Shown here: in pieces, positions 47,070-57,342 of the stretch | Layout: each line of letters begins with the position of its first letter | How positions within the stretch are numbered: the stretch's first letter is position 1 | Assembly (NCBI GenBank): GCA_965555375.1 | Contig: CBEWDL010000001.1 | Coordinates: forward strand, 6,180-70,179 | Reading direction: 5' to 3' | DNA from: an uncultured bacterium | Lineage (GTDB): Bacteria > Zixibacteria > MSB-5A5 > UBA10806 | Length of the DNA stretch: 64,000 bases | Program-made: the position numbers and the translations under genes | Notes under the pieces: generated by a model | What the model saw: only the letters and a program-made list of their open reading frames with translations | Database searches by the model: none | What the model was told of the DNA's origin: nothing

Positions 47070-48338
47070 ATGCAAACTCTCACAGCCTCTTTAATAATCA
47101 AGAACGCCTCGCAGCTGGTCACCATGCACGATCCGAAGAAAATCGGGCCGAAGGGTGGCAAGGATATGGGGCAGCTCAACATAATCAAGAACGGGGCGGT
47201 GGCGATCTACGGCTCGCGGATAGTAGCCGTGGGTGAAACAAAGAGCATACTCAAAAAGGTTAGAATTACCAGGAGAACGAAAATATTCGACGCCGAAAAG
47301 CGGGTGGTCACACCCGGCCTGATCGATCCGCACACGCATCCGGTCTTCGCCGGGCAGAGATCGGCGGAGTTCGAGATGCGGATCGCCGGGAAATCGTATA
47401 TGGAGATCGCCAAAGCCGGCGGCGGAATCAATTCGACAGTGAAATCGGTCAGGAAAGCATCGAAAAATAAACTCAAGGAAAACGGACGGAAGATTCTCGA
47501 TAAGATGCTCTCTTATGGAACCACTACAATCGAGGCCAAATCTGGCTACGGCCTGACCACCAGAGACGAGATTAAGCAATTGCAAGCGATAAAGGAGTTA
47601 AGCCAGGAGCATGAAGTGGATCTGGTCCCGACTTTTCTGGGAGCACATGAGATCCCTCCGGAGTATAAGAAGAATCCGGATGCCTATGTCAACCTGGTTT
47701 GCACGGAGATGATCCCGAAGGTGGTTTCGAAAAATCTGGCGGTTTTCTGCGATGTGTTCTGCGAAAGAGGCGTTTTCACCACCAAACAGACCAGGGTAAT
47801 TTTGCAAACTGCCCAGGCGTTCGGATTGAGGGCCAAGCTTCATGCCGATGAACTTCACAATACCGGCGGCGCGGAGTTGGCGGCGGAGTTCGGGGCGGCA
47901 TCGGCCGATCATCTCGTCTGCGTCAACGATGAGGGGATTCACCTGATGCAGAAAGCGGGGGTGGTGCCGGTTCTCCTGCCGGGCACAACTTTCTATCTGG
48001 GGCTGGACAAGGACGCGCCGGCCGGAAAGATGATCGATAAAGGGCTCCCCGTAGCCCTGGCGACAGACTGCAATCCGGGATCGTCGATGACCGAATCGAT
48101 GCAGATGATCATGACCCTGGCCTGTCTCAAATACGGGATGTCTCCGGCGGAAGTCCTGACGGCATCGACGTTGAATGCCGCCTATGCCATCGGCAAGGAG
48201 AGCGAAACGGGTTCCCTGGCGCCCGGTAAATGGGCCGATCTGGTTATATGGGACGCCGAGGATTATCGTGAGATTCCATATCATTTCGGCGGCAATATGG
48301 TCGATAGCGTATTCAAGCGAGGGGAGAAAGTCCGGTGA
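47070..48338 (+). CDS. hutI: Imidazolonepropionase
   Basis: 422 aa. IDPHTHPVFAG metal-binding motif. Amidohydrolase fold. Pairs with hutU. Confidence 0.9.
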   Translation: MQTLTASLIIKNASQLVTMHDPKKIGPKGGKDMGQLNIIKNGAVAIYGSRIVAVGETKSILKKVRITRRTKIFDAEKRVVTPGLIDPHTHPVFAGQRSAEFEMRIAGKSYMEIAKAGGGINSTVKSVRKASKNKLKENGRKILDKMLSYGTTTIEAKSGYGLTTRDEIKQLQAIKELSQEHEVDLVPTFLGAHEIPPEYKKNPDAYVNLVCTEMIPKVVSKNLAVFCDVFCERGVFTTKQTRVILQTAQAFGLRAKLHADELHNTGGAELAAEFGAASADHLVCVNDEGIHLMQKAGVVPVLLPGTTFYLGLDKDAPAGKMIDKGLPVALATDCNPGSSMTESMQMIMTLACLKYGMSPAEVLTASTLNAAYAIGKESETGSLAPGKWADLVIWDAEDYREIPYHFGGNMVDSVFKRGEKVR

Positions 48339-48829
48339 GAATCAAGCTCGTATCGCTGGCAGCCGCCATGACGTTGCTCTTCGCTATCTCATGCGGAGTA
48401 TATACGTTCTCACCGTCGGCTCTCAGCGGCATTAAGTCTCTGGCCATACCGCTTTTTGAGAATCAGACACCTGAAAGCGGCTTGCGCGAGGATTTGACGG
48501 ATCGGTTATCCCAGGCCTTCGTCGATGATAACACTCTGAGAGTGGTGCCGGAAGGCCGCGCCGATGCTGTTTTACGCGGATCAGTTATTTCTTACAGCCG
48601 CGAGGCCTATACCTACAGCGAGGCCGAGGTGGTCAGCGAATATATAGTCCGCATCGGGATCAATGTTGAATTTGCTGAAAAAAAGAGCGGGGAAATCATC
48701 TGGGAAGAGAGAAATATGTCGAACTGGGGCACCTATGATTCGGCCACTCAGTTCGAGGACGACGGCAAAGAAATGGCCATCGGCAAGCTTGTCGAGGACA
48801 TATTAAATAAGACCGTAAAGGGATGGTAA
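48335..48829 (+). CDS. LptE-like lipoprotein (LPS assembly), tentative
   Basis: Signal peptide plus lipobox (AISCG). About 165 aa. LRGSVISYSRE pattern resembling the LptE family. Confidence 0.4.
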   Translation: MRIKLVSLAAAMTLLFAISCGVYTFSPSALSGIKSLAIPLFENQTPESGLREDLTDRLSQAFVDDNTLRVVPEGRADAVLRGSVISYSREAYTYSEAEVVSEYIVRIGINVEFAEKKSGEIIWEERNMSNWGTYDSATQFEDDGKEMAIGKLVEDILNKTVKGW

Positions 48830-48859
48830 TCAAAAAGGCCTTTTGGGAAGAGGTTTTAA

Positions 48860-49867
48860 ATGAAAATTAGAAGCATATTAATCATCGTGATTGTGTCATT
48901 GATGGCACAGGCGCTATTGGTGCAGAACGTTTCGGCCATAAATTCAAAAGCCGGGACGTCGGCCTATACTTTTCTGAAGATTGGAACGGGCGCCAAATCT
49001 CAAGCTCTGGGAGGAGCCTTTGTCGGGTTAGCTGACGATGAGACCGCCCTTTACTATAATCCGGCCGGGCTGACGGCCGATGGAGAAAGTTACCAGTTAT
49101 ACGATGACTTATTGGATACTCCTAAACGGAAACAGGTCGAAAACCGGTTCACCGCATCCTATATAAACTACCTTCTCGATTTTCAATACGGTTTTGTCGG
49201 TTATGTCAGGAACCTGGATGACAGAACATCGGCGGGGCTGTCAATCGCCTATCAAAACTATGGCACTTTCAACCGACTCGATGCCACGGGAGATAAGATC
49301 GGTACCTTCGGCGCCTCCGATATGGCGATTGGCCTTACGTATTCGAAGCGGATCAGGTCGGATCTGTCCCTGGGCGGAACAGGCAAATTCATTTATGAGA
49401 AGATCGATATCTATTCGTCAAACGGCCTGGCCGTGGATGTCGGTCTTATGTATCTGGTCACCGCCGATGGTTCTACCAGGATCGGTTTTGCCCTGACGAA
49501 TTTCGGCGCTCAGCTTTCGGGTCTTACCGAAACTCATAAGGACCCTATGCCGACCAAAGTCGCCATAGGTCTTTCGCATAGACTTCGAGGTCTACCCACG
49601 GTTTTCACCACGGAGATCGGCAAACCGTTCGATAACGAGTTCTATCTATCATTGGGGACCGAGATTGTTTCGCTCAGTCCGTTCTTTTTGAGAATCGGCT
49701 GGACCAGCGCCGGCAGGGACTACAAGACCGGCTCCGACGGGGATAATATGGCGGGTTTTGCCGGCGGGTTCGGTTACAACTATAAGGAATATACAATAGA
49801 TTACTCGTATTCATCCTATGCTGATCTCGGTTCTGTGCACCGGGTCTCATTGGGAGCGGGGTTTTAG
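48860..49867 (+). CDS. PorV/FadL-like outer-membrane beta-barrel protein
   Basis: Signal peptide. GTSAYTFLKIGTGAKSQALGGAFVGLADDETALYYNPAGL N-terminal motif characteristic of PorV/UPF0164/FadL-type barrels. Confidence 0.5.
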   Translation: MKIRSILIIVIVSLMAQALLVQNVSAINSKAGTSAYTFLKIGTGAKSQALGGAFVGLADDETALYYNPAGLTADGESYQLYDDLLDTPKRKQVENRFTASYINYLLDFQYGFVGYVRNLDDRTSAGLSIAYQNYGTFNRLDATGDKIGTFGASDMAIGLTYSKRIRSDLSLGGTGKFIYEKIDIYSSNGLAVDVGLMYLVTADGSTRIGFALTNFGAQLSGLTETHKDPMPTKVAIGLSHRLRGLPTVFTTEIGKPFDNEFYLSLGTEIVSLSPFFLRIGWTSAGRDYKTGSDGDNMAGFAGGFGYNYKEYTIDYSYSSYADLGSVHRVSLGAGF

Positions 49868-49870
49868 AAT

Positions 49871-50605
49871 TTGCTGGAGGTTCTCAAGGTTATACAAGGT
49901 CTTTTCCTTCGGGCCTCCGTGAGGCCCGTTTTTGCGGTGCTTCTTATTTTTGTCGCTTCGTCCAAAGGCGAAGAGAACACATCCGGTGTTGCCTCAGTAA
50001 CTTATCTGGAAGGAGTTGCCCGCGTGCGGAAACCAGGTTCTGAGGGGTGGCTGAAGGTTGAGGAGTCAGCTATCATATCAGCCGGCGACAGTGTGAAGAC
50101 GCTGGCTAATTCTCGCGCTGAAGTCAGATTAACAGACAATAATACTGTGAGGATTGGTTCATCAACCACTATAGGAATCGCAGACTCCGCTGAGATTACT
50201 CTTGAATCCGGAGAGATCTGGATGGTGGTCGGACAAGTCGACCGGATTCTGAGTATGAAGATAAAATCACCAGTGACGATAGCTGAAATCAGGGAAGCTG
50301 CCGCCCGGTTCTCGGTTGGCCAGGATGGCTCGACGGAAATAAAAGTATATGATGGTCAGATTGACTTAAAGATATTGCCTGTGACGGTGGACCCGGAATC
50401 CGCAGCATCCGATTCGGCATCTTATGAGGCGGCCGACACGCTCGACGCCGTTACCGGTGAAAAAGAGGTTTTGCTGGAGGCGGATCGTAAAATAATCGTT
50501 ACCTCGGGCGGGGAAATTGTCTTTCAAGGGGCCTTCGATATCGATGATTTGGACGAAGACAATGACTGGGTCAGATGGAATATGGCCCGGGATGGGGGAA
50601 AATAA
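49871..50605 (+). CDS. FecR-domain protein, tentative. TTG start
   Basis: N-terminal TM or signal segment, then a beta-rich region with a FecR-like pattern (VRLTDNNTVRIGSST...EIWMVVGQ). Confidence 0.45.
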   Translation: MLEVLKVIQGLFLRASVRPVFAVLLIFVASSKGEENTSGVASVTYLEGVARVRKPGSEGWLKVEESAIISAGDSVKTLANSRAEVRLTDNNTVRIGSSTTIGIADSAEITLESGEIWMVVGQVDRILSMKIKSPVTIAEIREAAARFSVGQDGSTEIKVYDGQIDLKILPVTVDPESAASDSASYEAADTLDAVTGEKEVLLEADRKIIVTSGGEIVFQGAFDIDDLDEDNDWVRWNMARDGGK

Positions 50606-50672
50606 AACATCGCTTGCTCGAAGAGATTTGACAGCAGAGCATAGATATTCGTCTCTTATAAATAATTATTTC

Positions 50673-51986
50673 TTAATTCGGGGATCCGGCCAGCTTTTCA
50701 ACTTTCAATTTCTTTACGCGATGACCCTTCTTTTCCAGTATTGTAATCTTTAAGCCGGCGATATTTATTGTTTCGTTCAATTCCGGTATACGATCGATTT
50801 TGTCTATCAGCATGCCGGCGATTGACTCGAATTCGCCTTCGGGAGGCTTTGTCCCGAATCTCTCGCAGACCAGATCAGCGTCAACTGAGCCCCTGACTAT
50901 GGCGGTCCCGTCCGGCTGCATAATGATAGCCTCATCTTCGGTGTCGTATTCGTCCTGGATCTCGCCGACGATTTCCTCCAGGATGTCCTCGAGCGTTATG
51001 ATACCTGCGGTGCCGCCGAAATCGTCGAGCACGATAGCCATATGATTTCTCTCCCGCTGCATATCTTTAAGTATCTCCGAGATCTTTTTAGAATCCGGTA
51101 TGAAAAAAGGTTCGCGCATAATGTCCCGCAAAATAATGAGCCCGCCGGTTCTGAAAATATTGAGAAGGTCGAGAACGTTTAGAATACCCCTGATGTTGTC
51201 GAGGTTTTCCTCGTAGACGGGCAAGCGCGAGAAGGGCTCCATGGTTGCCACTTTGAGGATATTCTCCGGTTTCTCATCGATCTCCACGGCCACCATCTCC
51301 GTTCGCGGAGTCATGGCGTTACGGGCGACTATATCCGAAAACTCAAATACAGAATGGATCATCTTGTGTTCATCAGGTTCGAATACACCATGCTTGAGGC
51401 CCTCTGTTAATATTATTTTGACCTCCTCCTCGGTGACGATGTGATCCCTTCTAATTTCCGGTGAGATCCCGATGGCCTTTAAACATAAATTGGTTGACCA
51501 TGTCAGCAAATTTATGAATATGCTCAGCAGCTTGAGGGACCACCATGTTGCGGGGCCGACCCAGAGCGCAATTCTTTCTGAAAAGCGGATGGCCAGGGCT
51601 TTGGGAACAAGCTCGGCCAGAACGAGAAAAGTATACGAAATCACAATAACAACCAGAGTGATCGAGATCGATTCTGCGGCCTGATTTATGGCTACGATGG
51701 GAACGGATTCGATCAACGGCTTGATGACCAGGATTGCGGTGGCGCCGCCCAGTGCGCTTGCCGCCGAGGCTGTGACCGTCATGCCGATCTGAACGATAGC
51801 GAAGAAGCTGTCCGGATTATTCTTGAGCTTTTCCACGAATACGGCCCTTGAATCGCCGGACTCTGCTAATTCCTTTATGCGGCTTTTGCGAAGCGCGATA
51901 ATCGCAATTTCCGAGGCGGAAAAGAATCCTGATACGAAGACCAAAACCAGGATTATTACTATTTCGAGCCAGAATTTCAGGTCCAT
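50673..51986 (-). CDS. HlyC/CorC (CNNM) family transporter: DUF21 TM domain, CBS pair, CorC_HlyC C-terminus
   Basis: 437 aa. N-terminal SGFFSASEIAIIAL. Tandem CBS. C-terminal transporter-associated domain. Confidence 0.85.
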   Translation of the reverse strand: MDLKFWLEIVIILVLVFVSGFFSASEIAIIALRKSRIKELAESGDSRAVFVEKLKNNPDSFFAIVQIGMTVTASAASALGGATAILVIKPLIESVPIVAINQAAESISITLVVIVISYTFLVLAELVPKALAIRFSERIALWVGPATWWSLKLLSIFINLLTWSTNLCLKAIGISPEIRRDHIVTEEEVKIILTEGLKHGVFEPDEHKMIHSVFEFSDIVARNAMTPRTEMVAVEIDEKPENILKVATMEPFSRLPVYEENLDNIRGILNVLDLLNIFRTGGLIILRDIMREPFFIPDSKKISEILKDMQRERNHMAIVLDDFGGTAGIITLEDILEEIVGEIQDEYDTEDEAIIMQPDGTAIVRGSVDADLVCERFGTKPPEGEFESIAGMLIDKIDRIPELNETINIAGLKITILEKKGHRVKKLKVEKLAGSPN

Positions 51987-51999
51987 CTAATGGTTCTGC

Positions 52000-52848
52000 T
52001 TACAGCCCATCTCTGGCGTAGTTTTCCAGGCGAGCTATCCTCTCCTCGACGGGAGGATGGGTCGAAAAAAGAGCCGTTATATCTCTCTTATTAAGAGGGT
52101 TGACGATAAAAAGATGCGCAGATGCCGGATTCGCCTTAAGAGGAATTATCCTGCTTCTATCATGGAGCTTTTTAAGCGCCGATGCCAGTGCGAGAGGTTT
52201 ATGGGAGATCTCCGCCGAGGCCCTGTCGGCCATGTATTCCCTCTGGCGAGAGATAGCCATCTGAACCATAGCTGCCGCGATGGGAGCCAGGATGCCCACC
52301 AGGAGCAGAATAACGATATTGCCTCCACCCTCATCGTCATCGCCGCGGCCGAAAAAGGGCATCCAGCGTGCCATGAAAGCGATATACGAGATGGCTCCGG
52401 CGATGGTGGCGGCTATGGCTCCGACGAGAGTATCCCTGTTTCTGACGTGGCCCAGCTCATGCGCCATGACGGCCGCCAGCTCGTCGTCATTAAGCAGTTT
52501 CAGAATACCCTCCGTAGCGGCCACGGCGGCATGCTCAGGGTTTCTGCCGGTAGCGAAGGCGTTGGGACTCTCCGTTGGAATTATATAGACCCTCGGCATC
52601 GGCAGGCCGGCCATCTGGCAGGCGGACCTGACGATACCGAAGAGCCGGGGGTTATCGCCTTCTTTGATTTCTTTTGCCCTGCAAGCAGCCAGAACGATCT
52701 TATCAGAGAACCAATAGGCCCCCATATTCATGATGAGCGCCATAATGAAAGCAAACGTGACCCCATTCCGACCGCCGATCAAATAGCCGATGAGAATCAA
52801 TAGCAGAGTCAAAACGACGAACAATAGAGCGGTTTTAAAAGTGTTCAT
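52000..52848 (-). CDS. htpX: Zinc metalloprotease HtpX (M48 family)
   Basis: HELGHVRNRD HExxH motif. 4 TM segments. 282 aa. Confidence 0.85.
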   Translation of the reverse strand: MNTFKTALLFVVLTLLLILIGYLIGGRNGVTFAFIMALIMNMGAYWFSDKIVLAACRAKEIKEGDNPRLFGIVRSACQMAGLPMPRVYIIPTESPNAFATGRNPEHAAVAATEGILKLLNDDELAAVMAHELGHVRNRDTLVGAIAATIAGAISYIAFMARWMPFFGRGDDDEGGGNIVILLLVGILAPIAAAMVQMAISRQREYMADRASAEISHKPLALASALKKLHDRSRIIPLKANPASAHLFIVNPLNKRDITALFSTHPPVEERIARLENYARDGL

Positions 52849-53040
52849 TTGATCCTCCCGGTGACATAAGATACAACTCCCGATCCAGTGGCGTCAAGTC
52901 AAACCGTCGCAGCATAAACTCCAGTGCCCCGAAAGCCGTCTTCCCAGACGCATTCTTATACCGCGAATAGACGGCATCTGTTTCATGCCTGCCGCTTTGA
53001 GCTTTTTCCTTTTGCTTTCCCGGCAAATGAGTTAAAGATA

Positions 53041-54018
53041 TTAGCTGAAAAATGAGTAGAATATAAAGGAGAAATATCCCAGTAGAAAAAATAGTCCTAT
53101 TGGCCGACAGATCCTGATATTCTCTTTTAAGACGGGAAATACCGCTATAGTAAACAGAAGCATAATCGGCATATTGATATATACATCCTTCTTCTCTACG
53201 GGTATGGGTAGAATAAGCGCCGCCACACCGAGTATAAGAAGCGTATTGAAAGTATTGCTCCCCAGAACCATGCCCAGATTAATCATTCCTTCCTTTTTTA
53301 TAGATGCAACAACCGAAACGACGAGTTCAGGCATTGAAGTACCGAGCGCTACTATTGAAAGGCCAATGACCATCTGGCTCACGCCAAATGATGCCGCTAT
53401 AGATACAGCGCTTTTGACCAATAGATGTGAGCCAACCAGGAGCACCGTTAAGCCGATTAGAGAAAAAAGCAGGTTATATAATGGTCTTTTCTCTTTGGTC
53501 TTCCGGCTTATGATGCCTTCGATCTCTTTTTCCGCCTCCTCTATTTCTTTTTCGAATTTGCTGAGCATCCTTTTGCGCACGGTTATGATATTGTAAGAAA
53601 TGAAAACAACAAATAAGGCAATCAATATAAAGCCGTCAAACCGGCCAATGGAGCCATCGAGGCTAAAGATGAACAAAAATAACGAAGCAATAACCAGATA
53701 CGGAAATTCTCTTCTCACAGCTCTCTCTTCCGGTTTGGGCGGGAAGAATAATATTACCAGGCCCAATATCAAACCTATGTTGGCGATATTGCTGCCGATA
53801 ACATTCCCCAATGCGATGGCGCTATTTTTCTCAAGCGAGGCAACGGTACTTACCAGGAGCTCCGGGGCGGATGTCCCGAAAGCAACAATGGTCGAACCGA
53901 TAATAAGCGGTGAAATACCGATACTTTTTGCCAACCATGAACTATGAGAAACCAACCGTTCCGCTCCCCAGTACAGCAAAGCGATACTGACGATGAATAA
54001 GAGGATATCAATAATCAT
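53041..54018 (-). CDS. Ca2+/cation antiporter (CaCA / YrbG family)
   Basis: Two alpha-repeat motifs GTSAPEL and GTSMPEL. 325 aa. 10 TM segments. Confidence 0.8.
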   Translation of the reverse strand: MIIDILLFIVSIALLYWGAERLVSHSSWLAKSIGISPLIIGSTIVAFGTSAPELLVSTVASLEKNSAIALGNVIGSNIANIGLILGLVILFFPPKPEERAVRREFPYLVIASLFLFIFSLDGSIGRFDGFILIALFVVFISYNIITVRKRMLSKFEKEIEEAEKEIEGIISRKTKEKRPLYNLLFSLIGLTVLLVGSHLLVKSAVSIAASFGVSQMVIGLSIVALGTSMPELVVSVVASIKKEGMINLGMVLGSNTFNTLLILGVAALILPIPVEKKDVYINMPIMLLFTIAVFPVLKENIRICRPIGLFFLLGYFSFIFYSFFS

Positions 54019-54140
54019 TCCAGAAGCCCGGTAATCTCGATAGTGTTGCCATATTCGATCTTGATGCTGGCAGTGTCAAAACGGCTTGATTTCCAGGGAT
54101 TGGCTGTGGCGGTGGTTGTAAAAATCAAAGGCCATCCAGA

Positions 54141-55046
54141 TCAACCGCGGATTATTTTGGAGACTATGTCGGATCGGGAAAGGACGCCGACCAGTTTATC
54201 GCCTTTGACAACCATGACGCGGTCGGCATCTTTGAATAACATCAGGGCCGCAGCCTCGACAACCTGCGCTCTCTCCGAGATGGTGGCGATATCCCGGTTC
54301 ATGACATCCTTAACGCGAACCTGATCTTCCTGTCTTAAGAGATCCTCAAACGGCTCCAGTTCCGGCAGGTGGGCCAGGTTAGCTATAAAACTCTCATAAT
54401 CAGGCAATGCGAATTCCAGAAGCTCCTTCTCGGAGATCTCACCGGTGATTTTTCCGCTGGCATCGACGACCGGAAGACCATCCACCTTATGCTTGAACAT
54501 GATGTTGGCGACGTTTTTCAGGGAATCATCCGGAGATACAGTGGGAGTTTTCTCCGACATAATATCGGCGACAATTAAGGCTTTCTGGACCCTTATGCCG
54601 GCGTTCTCGATGACGCTGATAAGTTCTTTAGATGAACTAACCGCAGCGATCTTATCGATGATCTCCGACCGGCGGGCGAAGTTGGCGAGGCCGGATAAGG
54701 TCTGGAGATAAAGCTTGGAAATATTTCTGGGGGTCAACAGAAGGCAGATGGCCCTTAATGAAATCCCATCAGGGGCATCGGTATCTATTCCCTCCTTTAT
54801 GATTCCCAGGACAATATGTAGATCATCCACGGCATCGGTGCGTGCGTGGGGGAAGGCGAAACCTCGCCCGAAGGAGGTGGAACCGTATCCTTCCCTCTCC
54901 ATAACGGCCATCAATATCTGATTTTTGTTCCTGTCGGGATATTTGCTGCAGAAGAGATTGGCCAGGTGTTCAACGGCCTCGTCTTTAGTTTTGACCCTCA
55001 TATCCACATCGACTAAATCACTATGGAAGAATCGAGCCAGATTCAT
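54141..55046 (-). CDS. PTS EIIA(Ntr/fructose)-type domain fused to a CBS pair
   Basis: FAFPHAR phospho-His motif in the N-terminal domain. Two CBS repeats C-terminal. Confidence 0.65.
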   Translation of the reverse strand: MNLARFFHSDLVDVDMRVKTKDEAVEHLANLFCSKYPDRNKNQILMAVMEREGYGSTSFGRGFAFPHARTDAVDDLHIVLGIIKEGIDTDAPDGISLRAICLLLTPRNISKLYLQTLSGLANFARRSEIIDKIAAVSSSKELISVIENAGIRVQKALIVADIMSEKTPTVSPDDSLKNVANIMFKHKVDGLPVVDASGKITGEISEKELLEFALPDYESFIANLAHLPELEPFEDLLRQEDQVRVKDVMNRDIATISERAQVVEAAALMLFKDADRVMVVKGDKLVGVLSRSDIVSKIIRG

Positions 55047-55071
55047 TCTTTAACTCCCTGTTCCCTTCCGT

Positions 55072-55740
55072 TTAAGATTTCACCTGTGTTGCTGCCCCGG
55101 GCGGTCTGGATTCAATCCTCTCCATAACTCGAATTTCCCGTGGCGCCGAGATGCTGCCCGAAACAAAAAATTTAATTCCATCTTCCACCGAAATGTCGAG
55201 AATTTTCGCCTCCCCCGCAGGGAAAAGTATGGCCATCCCGGAAAAAGGTGTTGGGGTTGAAGGTATAAAAATGCTCCAGAATTCTTTCTCGCCGTCGGCA
55301 AGATGAATCTTAAGACGATTGGCCAAAAAACCCAGGGCATAAGCTCCCTTGCGAGGATATTCGACCATCACAACATTCTCGAATGTTTTCTTGCCCGGGA
55401 CCGCTATTCCCTCTATGAGCTGTTTCGATGCCGAGTAAAGAATCCTGAAAAATGGAATCTTTAAAAGAAATTTCTCCCATAGTCGGTATATCTTCTGACC
55501 GAAGACGTTGGTCGTCAATATTCCGGTGAGCATGATTAGCATCAGAGTAACCACCAAGCCTATAAAAGGGAATCCATAATCCTGGCCGAGAATTCTCACG
55601 ATATAAGGCTTTATAAAATTGTCTATGGATTCTACGCCGAATTTTAGTATAGCCAGGGTAACAAACAAGGGCACGATAATGAGGACTCCCGATAGAAACC
55701 TGGTTTTTATCGTTATCTTGAATTCGTCTTTGAAACTCAT
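55072..55740 (-). CDS. DUF502 family membrane protein
   Basis: Two N-terminal TM segments with GVLIIVPLFVTLAIL, then a soluble domain. The ORF track start at 55776 is extended; MSFKDEF is the likely start. Confidence 0.55.
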   Translation of the reverse strand: MSFKDEFKITIKTRFLSGVLIIVPLFVTLAILKFGVESIDNFIKPYIVRILGQDYGFPFIGLVVTLMLIMLTGILTTNVFGQKIYRLWEKFLLKIPFFRILYSASKQLIEGIAVPGKKTFENVVMVEYPRKGAYALGFLANRLKIHLADGEKEFWSIFIPSTPTPFSGMAILFPAGEAKILDISVEDGIKFFVSGSISAPREIRVMERIESRPPGAATQVKS

Positions 55741-55914
55741 TAGATTTAATATTCGGGTGAACCCGACCGGTGTCAAGCGAAAAGGATTTCACCGGCCGTA
55801 GCCGTACCCTTTGATAATTTATATTCCCATTGATATTTTCGGCTGGCAATCTGTTTATATAAGCTCAAATCCCGGTGTTATTTCAGGCCGGGGCAATTGT
55901 GCGACTCTATTCAT

Positions 55915-57342
55915 TCATAGCTGGGGGAAAAAGACACGGGCCGCCTGGCTGGCCCACTCATAGAAGGTCGACGGCAGCACGCAGATCAAAATGACCATAG
56001 CTCCCGAGATTGCTATCCCCAGCCCGAGAGTTGGCCCGAAAGGTATCCTCGATTCGTCCTCGTGCCTGTGGAAAAACATCTTGCGGACCACGTTCATGTA
56101 GTAGAATAACGATACCACCGACATCAAAAGGGCGATGACAACCAGCCAGTAGATATGCTCCTTTATAGCGGCGGCGAAAAGCCAGTATTTGCCGAGAAAA
56201 CCTGCCGTCGGAGGAATGCCGACCAGAGACAACATAAATATAGTCATCATAGCCGAGGCCAGGGGATTTCTCCTAATCATGCCGGCGTAGTCGTCAATTT
56301 GATCTGATCCGGTCATGTTGGAAAAACCGATGGCCACCATGAAAGCGCCGATGTTGGCGAACAGGTAGGCCATCAAAAAGATCATCATCCCGATAATAGA
56401 ATGCCCGTTACCCGCGGCGAGGGCAACCAGCACATAGCCGACCTGAGCGATCGAAGAATATGCCAGCATCCTCTTGATATTGGATTGCAGAAGAGCCACG
56501 AAATTCCCGATCACCATGGCCAGCACTGCTACGATTTCCAGCAACAAGACCCAATCGGTCTTGGCAATGATGAGAGGGCTGAAGAAAATCCTGACGAAAG
56601 CCGCCAGTCCGGCTGCTTTTGAGGCCACCGAAAGAAAAGCCGTAATGGGTGTGGGAGCTCCTTCATATACATCAGGGGCCCACATATGAAACGGTGCCGC
56701 GGCCAGCTTGAATCCGAATCCCGCAATAAACAAAACGATGGCCAATCCAAGCCCCAGGCTGAGGCCTTCGCCGGTCAAATCCCAGCTTTTGATATCGGCC
56801 AGCATGGTGGTGCCGGTGAGGCCGTACAGGAGGCTCAAGCCGAAAAGCAGAATGCCCGAGGAGGCCCCTCCGATTATGAGATATTTCAGCCCGGCCTCCG
56901 TTGATTTCAGATCTCTCTTCAAAAAGGCGGCCAGCACGTAAAGAGGAATGGTGGCAAGCTCTAATGATACATACAGCGTGATAAGCTCGCCGGCCCCTGC
57001 CAGGAACATCATACCGACAGTGGCCAGAAGGATGAGACCGTAAAACTCACCTTTATGTTTGATTCTTATTTCCACATAATCTATGGACGCAATAATCGTC
57101 AGCATTGCCGAGAGAAGGAATATTTCGTTAAACAGTCTGCCATAATCATCGGATAAATAGGTGCCGAAGAAACCCTGTCCGTTATCGGCGAACACCGCCA
57201 GGACTGCGGTTATAGCCAGTCCCAGAATGGAGAGATAGCCGAGGCCTCTGCGGCTGCCGTCCTTTTTGAAAAAATCAATGGCTATGATGAGCACCGCCCA
57301 GCACGTCAGAAAGATCTGTGGAATGATTAACGAAATATTCAT
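55915..57342 (-). CDS. nuoN: NADH-quinone oxidoreductase subunit N
   Basis: 475 aa. About 14 TM segments. Antiporter-like motifs. Position after nuoM. Confidence 0.85.
   Translation of the reverse strand: MNISLIIPQIFLTCWAVLIIAIDFFKKDGSRRGLGYLSILGLAITAVLAVFADNGQGFFGTYLSDDYGRLFNEIFLLSAMLTIIASIDYVEIRIKHKGEFYGLILLATVGMMFLAGAGELITLYVSLELATIPLYVLAAFLKRDLKSTEAGLKYLIIGGASSGILLFGLSLLYGLTGTTMLADIKSWDLTGEGLSLGLGLAIVLFIAGFGFKLAAAPFHMWAPDVYEGAPTPITAFLSVASKAAGLAAFVRIFFSPLIIAKTDWVLLLEIVAVLAMVIGNFVALLQSNIKRMLAYSSIAQVGYVLVALAAGNGHSIIGMMIFLMAYLFANIGAFMVAIGFSNMTGSDQIDDYAGMIRRNPLASAMMTIFMLSLVGIPPTAGFLGKYWLFAAAIKEHIYWLVVIALLMSVVSLFYYMNVVRKMFFHRHEDESRIPFGPTLGLGIAISGAMVILICVLPSTFYEWASQAARVFFPQL

Noticed and set aside
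47598-48284. 228-aa minus-strand ORF
   Set aside because: Antisense to hutI. Arg/His-rich low-complexity product.
52057-52803. 248-aa plus-strand ORF
   Set aside because: Antisense to htpX, which carries the HExxH motif. Arg-rich composition typical of GC-rich antisense frames.
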